Part shown: positions 1-10,804 of the stretch, piece by piece
Layout of the letters: each line of letters begins with the position of its first letter
Numbering within the stretch: the first letter of the stretch is position 1
Source of the DNA: Mytilus edulis
Taxonomy: Eukaryota
Assembly: GCF_963676685.1 (NCBI RefSeq)
Contig: NC_092356.1
Span: 26,412,001 to 26,476,000 of the forward strand
Reading direction: 5' to 3'
Length of the DNA: 64,000 nucleotides
Program-made: the position numbers and the translations under genes
Notes under the pieces: model-generated
The model's database searches: none
Told to the model about the DNA's origin: nothing
Seen by the model: only the letters and a program-made list of their open reading frames with translations

Positions 1-412
1 GTCCGTTCGTCCGTCTGTTCGTTCGTCCGTCCGTCTGTCCCGCTTCAGGTTAAAGTTTTTGGTCAAGGATGTTTTTGATGAAGCTGAAGACTAATTTACT
101 TGAAACTTAGTACACATGTTTCTTATGATATGATCTTTTAAATGTTATAGCCAAGTTAGACTTTTGACCCCAATTTCACGGTCAACTGAACATAGAAATT
201 GAAAGTGCGTTTTTCAGGTTAAAGAGTTTGGTCAAGGTAGGATTTGATGAAGTTGAAGTCCAATCAACTTGAAACTTAGTACACATGTTCCCTATGGTAC
301 GATCTTTCTAATTTTAATGCCAAATTAGAATTTTTCCCAATTTCACGGTCCATTGAATATGGAAAATGATAGTGAGAGTGGGGCATCTGTGTACTTTGGA
401 CACACCATCTTG
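1..412. mobile_element. Non-autonomous Helentron/HINE-like repeat, cut by the window edge
   Basis: (GTCC/GTTC)n microsatellite at 1-40, two ~170-bp internal repeats starting TTCAGGTTAAAG (~44 and ~213), and a short terminal palindrome followed by a T-run. This layout is typical of bivalve Helentron-associated elements. Confidence 0.6.
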
Positions 413-2236
413 TTTTGTTGTTGTTTAGAAAAATGGTATAAAAGTTAAATAATATCTAAGCCCTCAATTAAATATTTAAGACAAAGACCGAATGAAAACA
501 AAACAGGCCACAGGAAAAGCATACGTCAAGTAATGTTACCCTAGCCCCTAAAATACAAAGACATCATCAGAATGATATTAAGATGTATGCAACTCTACTT
601 TTATAAGTAGTGATATAATTGCGCAGTCTTTGGTTCCTATGTTTTTAGTTTGTATCGTGTTGTTTGTCTTCCCGCCGTGGCGTTGTCTGTTGTCTTTGGC
701 TGAAGAGTTTGAATATATTTTGGTATCTTCCGGACCTTCCTCTCACTCATTGTTTAATTAGATTGAAAGATATAATGACATGGGACAACTCTATCATATT
801 TAAAAATGTCAATTTAACTCAGACATCAGTTTCTATGAAATAGGAAGTAATATTTTTACCAGTGCATACCAAACTTATAAAAATCGCGTGCATGGTATTT
901 GTATTTTTAAAACTGAAGCTGGTCTGAGACGAATAATTTGGTCTATCTATATTTGCGTACAACTATTTATAAGTTTTAATTAATGCCGATATATATATAT
1001 ATATGTATGCGTACGCTAAACTATCATTAGCATTGAATTTCTCTTAGAATTTGACATTAAACAGCACCAACAAAGCTAATGCTGTCTGATTTAATTACTT
1101 CGAAAACATGAAACTACAAAACTTCGTTTGAAAACTATGAATAAATTTTATGATGTTTTAATTTAATAAAAACTTTGACTTAATTGTCTGATTATCTTGA
1201 TTACATTGCATTAAGCTCGACATGCAAACATTGTTTTTTTCTTAATTGATATGGAAATTCGTTTCGGAATGATCTGCTTTCCATGAAGTTCAACTTTAAT
1301 TAGAGTCCTCTCCCGGTAATGCAAAATAAATGTTTGCTAAATGAAGAGAAAAAGTCTATTCAGAAACAGCGATAACATTATGTGCGCAGTTAGAAATAGA
1401 TATTACAATCGATTGATGCAGTTTGGGAACTTTGGGATTTTTTTTTCCAAATGACTTTGAATATAATTGAAAATGGAAATGGGTAATGTGTCAAAGAGAC
1501 AACAACACGTTCAAAGAAGAAAAAAATTGCTACTTGCATCTCTTTAACACAGCGTGAACATCCTGCACCGGATGCATGTTATACTGAAATGTATTTTAGG
1601 TACTACTGAATATTTATAGATATGATAATTATCTTCTTATAGGAAATTTCATGGGAAACATAACTATTCACGCATCAGTGTCATCTGTTGTTTATTTACT
1701 CATTTTAACTATACAGAATATTCAATTTCGACAAGGAAGTCAGTAATCACCACTTAATTCAGCTATAAAATATACACACAGGCAGTATACAATTTCTTTT
1801 ATATAAAAACGAGTCAAATCAAGTAGGCACTGCCATGTTAAGTGATAGTTACCATTGAAGCGCAAAGAAACAAATATCAGTCTATTGGCATGCTTCAAGA
1901 AGATCAAACGAATGAAATTCACATTTTATTATCAACTTAGAAATAAGAAGATATTAGATACGATATGAATTGTTTACCAGAGACAGTTGTCTTTACAGTT
2001 CATCGACATATCTGTATTATAAGAAACCAAAACATTTATACATCCAATTGAAACAGTACACATACACAATTCGCCGCTAACGAAATAAAAAAAAAGTTTA
2101 TGTGTTATTGTATTGTTTGTTCACAAATTAAAATTTACATTCGGTGAATGGTTAAATATAAAAAATGATTAAAGATCACAGAGCATTATCTAATTAATTA
2201 AATGCATATTAAACTTTTGGCTACGCGTATGTATCA

Positions 2237-2530
2237 AAATTGAGAATGGGGAATGTGTCAAAGAGAAAACAAACCGGAAATAGCCGAAAGCCACAAAATG
2301 GTCTTCAATACAGCGAGACGTGCTTCAGCTCTCCCCTAAAAAGTGTACTAGTTCAGTGATAATGGACGTCATACATATTGGTGGCCTTCGGCTGTTGTCT
2401 ACTCTATGGTCGGTTTGTTGTCGCTTTGACACATTCCCCATTTCCTTTCTAAATTTTACGTCATACTATACTCCGAAAAATGAACTTAAATTAAAAATCA
2501 TACAAGACTTACAAAGACCAGAGGCTCCTT
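2237..2530. mobile_element. SINE-like dispersed repeat (family B) with a nested inverted copy of itself
   Basis: The motif AAATTGAGAATG(GAAATG)GGGAATGTGTCAAAGAGACAAC recurs at ~1465, ~25625 and ~50967, and inverted at ~39530-39718, ~52240-52506, ~56200-56290 and ~59810-59885. The inverted insert at 2375-2457 is flanked by ACGTCATAC direct repeats. Confidence 0.7.
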
Positions 2531-2949
2531 AGCGCATTATGAGGCTTGGTTAAACATATTTTTTGAGATTCTAACCCTTCCCATTGTCCCACAAATTTTC
2601 TGTCGATCCTGTATTATCCTTTCCGCTACGTACAATGTGTCAGGTAATCTGATAAACAAATATTTACAACAGATTAGTTTTTTCTTATCCAAAAAGTAAA
2701 ATGTTGCATTATTTGAAATTTTACGGGAGGATCTTTTAACGGTGTATTAAAACAGCTCACCGTATACCAAAGGTCTCACCGTATACCAGAGGGTGTACGT
2801 ACTCGAGCGAATGTATTTTTTAGATTTTGTAATCAGGTTTTATACTAATTAAGTTCCAATAGTCTGATTTGAATAACAATACAGAAAGACGTTTCAACTA
2901 TAAGTCTCAAACTACATATTAGCTTATGCAAAAACTCAACAAAGAGATA

Positions 2950-4150
2950 ATGCTGATATAATTTAATTCAACAGAAACGGATGTCGTCTACATAAGAATC
3001 CTCAGTGATGATCGGATAAAAGTATGAAAATAATTCAAATTCGACGATTTGCTTTAAAAAAAAAATACAAAATTAATACAAACACAAGTGCTTAATATGA
3101 CTAATTGCACGTACACCTGGGTGTAGAAAAACGTATCGTTTCGAATGATTCAACATTTAAGAAACAGCCAATTTACTGATTCTGTCAACACAAAAGAATA
3201 TTATTTATATCTTACATCAGTCTCAAATAACGTAATTGCAAATGAACCGAGGCGTAGAGCTGAAATTCCCAAACTGTAATTTTCACCTTAGAGCAGGTTT
3301 TATTTCACAACAGTCTTTTCGACCCCTACTTCTGGTTGATTTAGTCCACATACTTTGCAGTTCGTCAAATAACCTTCATATGTTAGAAATGAACTCATCA
3401 TATATATCAGTATTGGAATTTTGTTTTTGCGCCAGACGCACGTTTCGTCTACAAAAGACTCACTATTGACGTTTGAATAATAGCATTGAGGACAAAAAAT
3501 TCTTAAAAAAATTGCCAAATACAGCTAAGGTAATCTACTCAGTAAATTTACTAAAATAACCATATCAATGATATTTCTGCCAAAACAAAAATGCTATATT
3601 CATATCAAATATCTGTACCAAACAACATATTCACAAATGAACCAAAGAGTAGAGCTGCTATTGTCATCATGCAATTTCCACCCTAGAGCAGGTTTAATTT
3701 CACAACAGTCTTCTCCACCCCAATCATCAGGTTGATTCAGTCCCTATGCTTGGTGGTTAGTCAAATTCCCTTTATATGTTGAAAGTTAAGTCAGCATAGA
3801 TACCAGGACTAAAATTTTGTTTTTGCGCCAAACGTGCATTTCGTCTACAAAAGACTCACCAGTGATCATTTTGAAGAACATTGAGGACAAACAATTCTTA
3901 AAAAATTTTTGCCAAATACAGCTTAAGTAATCTATACAGCATATTTACTAAAATAACCATATCAATGATATTTCTGTCAAAACAAAAATGCTGTATTCAT
4001 ATCAAATATCAGTATAAAACGACGTATTCACATATGAACCAAAGCGTAGAACCGCAATTGTCATCCTGTATTTTCCACCCTAGAGCTGGTTTTATTTCAC
4101 AACAGTCTTCTCCACCCCAATCGTCAGGTTGATTCAGTCCCCATACTTCA
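2950..4150 (-). repeat. ~397-bp tandem array; each unit is the 3' half of the last lectin exon plus a retrozyme fragment with a degenerate HHR
   Basis: GATT(C/T)AGTCC anchors at 3338, 3734 and 4131 (spacing 396 and 397). Degenerate HHR motifs lie at ~2975-3015, 3429-3472 and 3825-3868. Confidence 0.85.
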
Positions 4151-4241
4151 TTATCGTTTGCTAATTCTGTCCCATCTCTCCATTCAAATGTTCCTTCAAT
4201 TACCTGGTCATTTGCTCCAGTCCAGTAATTCTTTGTGTTAT
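4009..4241 (-). CDS. PAN/Apple + C-type lectin gene, exon 3 (C-terminal half of the C-type lectin domain)
   Basis: Acceptor cttcttcag, phase 1. Translates (D)NTKNYWTGANDQVIEGTFEWRDG...WGLNQPDDWGGEDCCEIKPALGWKIQDDNCGSTLWFICEYVVLY*, with WTG, QPD and FICE motifs. Confidence 0.93.
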
Positions 4242-4357
4242 CTGAAGAAGAATACTTAAGCTGGAGAAATTATCTTACAGAAAAAATCAAATAACTGTTT
4301 ACGGCTGGGTTATAATGCAGCAGAGGCCCGTCTATCAAATTTCACTGGTATGTTATA

Positions 4358-4804
4358 CAGTGAAAGTCGATTTAAGAGACCACTAAAGGGAGAACAAAAT
4401 AATTGTCCCTTTAGACAGGTGATCTTTTAAATTATATGAAATTTACTACAGATTGATCTAAAATTTATGGTCTTATAATACAGGATTTTGCTTAAGGTGG
4501 TACCCAACACTTTCACTAAAATTAATTTGGCTCGTTTAATTTTCATAAAATTTTTACAAAGTATTTAGTTTGACCCTTTAACAAAAATATAAAAAAAAAT
4601 GAAAAAATTTGAACCAAGCGTTTTATCAGAAAAATTACACTGGTTTTATAGCAGTTTGACAAACACTAATTTTTATCATTGAGAAGCTTTATATTGCCTT
4701 CACAACGCAACGTAATTAAAACGTTAAGCTGATATTACAGAGTTATCTCCCTGTAGTGTTAGGTACCACCTTAATACAAGTGGTGTCTAAAGCAGGCTTG
4801 ACTG
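4358..4804. mobile_element. TA-flanked MITE (CAGT...ACTG termini, Tc1/mariner-like) hosting a nested element
   Basis: TA|CAGTGAAAGTCG ... GGCTTGACTG|TA with imperfect terminal inverted repeats (TIRs). Confidence 0.55.
4496..4770. mobile_element. TTAA-flanked MITE (Kolobok/piggyBac-type target site)
   Basis: TTAA|GGTGGTACCCAACACT ... AGTGTTAGGTACCACC|TTAA. A second copy lies in the opposite orientation at 33417-33693. Confidence 0.85.
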
Positions 4805-5039
4805 TATATCATTTTTGGAAATTATTCGATGACAGCAATGTGTCAATATGGTTAATTTATAAAAACATTTGTTTTGTCAATATACAGATTTATGCATTTA
4901 AAGAGAAACAACCAATTACACAGAAAAGATAAGTTTCACTACTCGCAAGTCATGAACATTATCAGAGAAATATAGATTCCACTACTGCAACAAGTGGGTT
5001 ACGATATTTAAAACAGTTAGATTTTAATATTTGAATATA

Positions 5040-5306
5040 AAAAAGAAAATGTGGTATGATTGCCAATGAGACAACCATCCACAAGAGACCAAAATGACAC
5101 GGAAATTAATAACTATAGGTCACCGTACGGCCTTCAACAATGAGCAAAGCCCATACCGCATAGTCAGCTATAAAAGGCCCCGAAATGACAATGTAAAACA
5201 ATTCAAACGAGAAAACTAACGGCCTTACTTATATAAAAAAAAATAAACGAAAAACAAATATATAACACATAAACAAACGACAACCACTGAATTACAGGCT
5301 CCTGAC
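5040..5306. mobile_element. Dispersed SINE-like repeat (family A)
   Basis: ATGTGGTATGATTGCCAATGAGACAAC...CAGGCTCCTGAC recurs at ~17830-18108 and ~21490-21606, inverted at ~20900-21160, with variants at ~44436-44870 and ~58790-59230. Confidence 0.7.
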
Positions 5307-6382
5307 GTAAAGCATAGGCTTTTTTTAAAGTGTGAAAGCAGAGGGGAAAAGAGAACTTATGATGACCAATGGGCTTATCTTGGGAGGGTATCAGGTACCT
5401 ATATTTTACTCATTATATGCTGAGAGGGACAGACACGAGGGAAATCCATACCTAAGGGATTTGGGTCAAGTATTGAATTTGACTTACACTGATGAGTTGA
5501 GAGAAATGCTAGTCTATTTAAGAATTTTCAAGTCTAGAACTGAGTATGGATCTTTATATCTTAATGGTCAATCAGGCATATGAATAGAATAAGTAATGTA
5601 CATGATCAATAGTACAACAATCCAGTAAGACATGAAACAACCGAAATATTCCCAGTCGTCAATACTATTGAATATACTGTTTCTGACGACAATATGTAAC
5701 AATTGTCGTAACCACAACCCCGTCTTCTTTCCCCCAAATGTGATCTTCAGAATTATACTTAGGTAGCAATCATGTAACTTTATGGGGTATTATGGATTTT
5801 TGTTTGAGTCAAACGCAAACGTTTACCTTTTCTTTTAATTTTTCGCCGCCATCAATTCATTTTTAATTTAACACTATAAGAAATGGGGAAAATCTGGATT
5901 CAGAATTGTTTTTTTTTTGTCATCTGCTTGACCACAATATTTTGTGAAAAAAAACCATAACCCAATCCCCCCTTTGAAGTTAAATGGTCGTTCCCTTATC
6001 ACCAAATTTTTACTTACATAAGCAATACGACGGGTGCCAGATTCCGAAAAAGACCGCTACAATTCCGGAGCACCACATGAAATCACGCCCGGTTTTGCTA
6101 AGTCTTTGAGTATTGTATAATGTTGTTTTGTCTTTTGGTCTTTACTGCCATAGGTTGGCAGTTCATTGTCAACTTATGAGTTTGAATATCCATTTTCCTT
6201 CTCTTTTTCAACATTTGAAAATCTTAATATCCTCTAGTTAAGAAATGATATGATAGTGATGATGAGTAAAATATGCATATGACAAATATATAAATCAGAC
6301 AACTCTACATCTAAAATAGTTTACTGTATATAAAATATATCAAGCTCTCTGCCGCTACTACTTTCAAAACGCTGTACATATA

Positions 6383-6575
6383 CTGTGGATTCATTTATTT
6401 TCGTGGATTGAGGAAAACTCGCATTTTCGTAGACATTTGATCTCGTGGTTTTGCGAATCTCTACATGCCAAACCTATAGAAAATTTGTTTTTCGTTGAAC
6501 ATTTGAATTCGTGGCTTAACTGTACATACGAAACCCACGAAAACTGGTATTCAACGAATAATAATGAATCCACAG
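6383..6575. mobile_element. TA-flanked MITE
   Basis: TA|CTGTGGATTCATT ... AATGAATCCACAG|TA. A related partial copy ends at ~7554. Confidence 0.8.
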
Positions 6576-6637
6576 TATTTACAACTATCAGAGATTCGCA
6601 TTCAGTTTTCAATTACCTAAATATCAGTACTCTGTCA

Positions 6638-6775
6638 TTTACCTGTAACAGAATTATTCTGATAGATTAGCTTCTCCATGGTATTTACCTGTAACAGAAC
6701 TATTCTGATAGATTAGCTTCTCCATGGTATTTACCTGTAACAGAACTATTCAGATAGATTAGCTTCTCCATGGTA
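6638..6775 (-). repeat. 46-bp tandem triplication spanning the lectin exon 2 splice donor
   Basis: The unit TACCATGGAGAAGCTAATCTATC(T/A)GAATA(G/A)TTCTGTTACAGGTAAA (minus strand) occurs three times. Confidence 0.95.
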
Positions 6776-6911
6776 TCTACTTTAACCAATTGACCTCTCT
6801 CTCCAGCACAAACACCCTGGGCAGTGAACCAGGTGAGCCATTGTCCATGTACCAAGTAACAGAAGTCCATACTTTTTTCATAAGTATAACCAAGTGATTT
6901 AGGGCAACGTT
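6735..6911 (-). CDS. PAN/Apple + C-type lectin gene, exon 2 (N-terminal half of the C-type lectin domain)
   Basis: Acceptor ttttacag and donor ACAG|gtaaat; 177 nt, phase 1-1. Translates (E)RCPKSLGYTYEKSMDFCYLVHGQWLTWFTAQGVCAGERGQLVKVDTMEKLIYLNSSVT. Confidence 0.92.
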
Positions 6912-7832
6912 CTGTAAAAAAAAAATAATATGAAGGGAACATATAAAAATAAATAGAAATGAAAGCTTAATGAGAAAAATTATCAAACATGCACATTGTT
7001 GGTGAGCCAAATTGATAATATAATACTGTAGATTCACAATTCAAATATTAGATTAGCATATATTTAATTGCATTAACATAGATAATAATTAATTTGCTAA
7101 TCTCACTGACAATGACGAAGTTATATATTTACTTAACCCTTCTACACCAACACAAGTGAATAAACTAGGATCCTTTATAAAAGAAAAGTCAATGGAACTG
7201 ATGACAGGGGACCCTTTAATATTCACCTGAATTTGTATATATATATTGAGTTACTTAGTTATTGTCTTTATTTGTTTTTGTTGTTGTTATATGTCACAAA
7301 CTGTAAAGTTTATATGGCAATAAAACTTTGAATTTGAATTTGAATTGAATTATTTTTCGTAGGATACCAAATCCTCGTTGATTTCATGGGTAAAGGTGAA
7401 CCTCACAACTAAATGTTCAACGAATGCCAAATTTCCCAAAGGCCTGTATGCAATCTTCGATAAAAACCTCGAAATTAAATATAAACGATTATTCAAGTTT
7501 TCCTAAATCCACGAAATTTGATTGGTACCCATGACAATAAGTGAATCCACAGTATTTTAACTTACTATTGATTACAAAACAGAAGTTACAAAAACATGTA
7601 ATAACTTAGCAACACAGTGGAGCTGGTTTTTCGAAACAATATGAAAATCAATTCAAAGTTCAATAAAATTCAAAGCACAGACCACTACATATGATACGTG
7701 ATTATAAAGATACACAAGAAGTAATCTGATATCAAACGAATTGACATTGCGCTCAGAAGTTTATAAGCTATTTTAAATAGTTTGGTAAAAATCTGCTTCC
7801 ATTTATTTCCATTATTTTATTTAAATATTTGA

Positions 7833-8483
7833 TTTTTGTCGAGCATTCGACTTCAGTCGAAAAAGCGAGACATAATGATCCTACATTCCGTTGTCGGCGG
7901 GATCCACAAATATTCACTCTGTAGTAAAAGTTTTTGAAATTTTAATAACTTTCTTAAACTATTCTGGATTTCTACGAAACTTAGACATAAGCTTGTTTAT
8001 GATTATAAGATAGTATCCAATTTTGTAAAAACAAAATTCCATTTATTCCGTATTTTACTTATAACTGGACTTAGTTTTTCTGCTGGGAAACATTACATTC
8101 ACTCTGTGGTTAAAGTTTTTAAAATTTTAATAACTTTCGTAAACTCTACTGCATTTGTTCCAAACTTGGACAGAAGCTTGTTTATGATCAAAAGCTAGTA
8201 TCTAGAAGGAATTTTTTTAAAATTTTGTACCTGTTTATCTGTATTTCACTTATATATGTTATATATATAACATTACATACAGTCTGCTGTTAAAGTTTTA
8301 AAACATTTATTAGATTCATAAACTATTCTGGATTTTTACCAAACATGGACAGAAGCTTCTTTCAATCAAAAGATAGTATCAAGAGGAATAATTTGATGAT
8401 TTTTTTCCTCATTTCTGTTGAGTCTGCGATTAACAGCAAAAGTAGACGAGACACTGGGTTCCGCGGAACCCTTACAACTTTTT
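7833..8483. mobile_element. Non-autonomous Helentron/HINE-like repeat
   Basis: T-run start with a TCGAC..GTCGA inverted motif, ~185-bp internal tandem repeats, and the terminal palindrome GGGTTCCGCGGAACCC followed by a T-run. Confidence 0.65.
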
Positions 8484-10758
8484 ACAGAGAGTGACTAAAT
8501 TATTTTTTGAAGACATCGAATCCGAAAAAAATAAAAATAAAAACAGCTTAAAATAATATATTTATCATTGTTCCGGAGCACCGGAAACCACCCTCATTTG
8601 TTTGTGGGGTTCGTGTTGCTCAGTCTTAAGTTTGATTTTTTTGTGTGTTGTAAATGATTGTCTGTTTGTCGTTTTTTCTAATCATGGCGTTGTTTTATAG
8701 TTGATGTGTTTCCTTCGGTTTTATTTTATAGCCTGGATTTGTTTTCTTTCAATATATTTATGACTTTTGAAACCCAGTATAATACAGTTGCCTATATTTA
8801 TACTTATCTTACCTCCTATAGATTTATAGAGATATGATTGGTTAAAGGACTACACGTGGTGACTGTGTATATTTGATATAGGGTGTCCTAAAAATATAGG
8901 GTTAGCAACAATACATGATTAGTTACCATATGGGGTTAGTAAGATGTTACTTCCCTTTCAAAACAAAAAAGATGCCACAACCCTTTATAAAAAAACACGG
9001 TGTTGGAGAAAAATCTGAAAGGATTCAACAAACGAAGAAACTGATGGTCAAAGGTTGAAATAAGTTCATAAAACATAATTAAAGCTAACAAGTTGTTATT
9101 GTTGGCATAACGGAGTTACTTCCCTTTCATTAACCAAAAAAAAAAAAGAAATTGAAAGGATTCAACAGACGAAGAAATTGATACATGTAATGAACGATTG
9201 AAATAAATTCATAAAACAAATTTAAAGCTAAACAGTTGTTATTGTTGGCATTTGTTTTCTGTATAGACAAATGGAAGTAGGATCTTAATACTAAGTATTG
9301 AAGACTTGATCACTTTGATAGGCCGCTAGTCAAAATATCACATGTGAAGAAAGTCGGTAAGATAAATGCATTACACGGTGTGCTAGTGACCTAATACGAT
9401 ATATATATCGTATTAGGTCACTAACACTCCATGTTACTAATAATATAATTTAATAATCAAAACGAACGCTTAAAATTGGACATACATTTTAAAACTATTA
9501 TTTTCAATTACGAAAGGTACAAAACAATACAAACATATATACCACATATACCATATTGTCCTGAAACTATACCCTTTTCAACTTTGTGTTACATAAATTG
9601 AGGTTCTTGACATTTCTGCCCTATGTCTTTTCTTTCAAATGATCATACAAAAACGCTTATTGGATTAAATGTACAAAACCTGTCAACTCCGTCAGACAAG
9701 TCTGACTTTAATTTAATTTATATATTTCATAATTGACTTTAATTTAGTAATTTGATTTGGTTCCATAGTATTATTAGTTATATGGTTAACACTGATGGCT
9801 TCACCTTGTAAACTATACCATAACTAATTATCTATATTTTGTTTTATGATGTTGAATTGACTTAACTTAGTTTATTTCAATAGTTCAAATCATAATTGGT
9901 CGACTCAATTACACTATTAGTTTTAATTCAGTCAAACCATTAAATCATTCTTTCCTCGAACGAGCAAGTTCATTTTGAGTTTTTCAAAAACTACGTTATA
10001 TAAATAAAAATCAAAGACAAGTCAAATTATTCTGTATATCAATTAGTATTTTTATTGAAGCTTTTAAGCATCAGAAAATACTTAAAAAGTAAAATCACAA
10101 AAATACTGAACTCCGAGGAAAATTCAAAACGAAAAGTCCTTTATCAAATGGCAAAATCAAATGATAAAACACATCAAACGAATGGACAACAACAGTCAAA
10201 CACGTAATTGATCCCTGAAAGCAATTCATGTCCACTGAGCATAAGGGTTCTTAAGATTTATCACAACTTATTCTCTTATCGCGAAAACAATATCGCATAA
10301 AGAGCAAATTTCCACCTCAGTACATTTACATCTTTCCGCATTAAAAAGTATCTCAATTCTTGCTACGAAACGTTGCATGACGAATTCAAGTCTGTATTAT
10401 GTATTAATTAAACGAAATAATGCCAATTAATATATTAAACATTAAATGGTAAAAATGAATACTGAAAACTAGTTATATAATTTGTTATTTTTGGGGTTTG
10501 AATAATTACAGCAAAAACCGATATTTCAAACAAAGTATGTTATCAAATCAAATGAACTGCTTTGTCTATCTAACCACTTTATTATATAAAAACCTTGAAT
10601 TGAGCTTTTCGCCTGTCTAGTTGAATCTTCGAAAAAAAATCCCTGTCATACAAGTGAGAGGTTTAGTTACCTATAAAACCATGTTCAATCCACCATCAAT
10701 CTACGTAGGAAAACACCTGTTCCAATAGTTATCAAAGGTACAATGATTATAATTTAGT

Positions 10759-10804
10759 ACGCCAGACGCGCGTTTCGTCTACATAAAGACTCATCAGTGA
10801 CGCT
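10759..10804 (-). ncRNA. Type I hammerhead ribozyme, intact core, within a retrozyme fragment (~10724-10990)
   Basis: Minus strand reads AGCGTCA-CTGATGA-GTC-TTTATGTA-GAC-GAAA-CGCGCG-TC-TGGCGT. Confidence 0.9.

Noticed and set aside
3744-3746. New AG before the duplicated lectin fragment as an alternative last-exon acceptor
   Set aside because: There is no polypyrimidine tract, and splicing from the phase-1 donor would be out of frame.
7320-7350. (TTTGAA)n, (ATAAG)n at ~12405 and (ATTGT)n at ~45190 as telomeric or regulatory repeats
   Set aside because: Each adjoins an AATAAA on the matching strand and fits a short LINE 3' tail.
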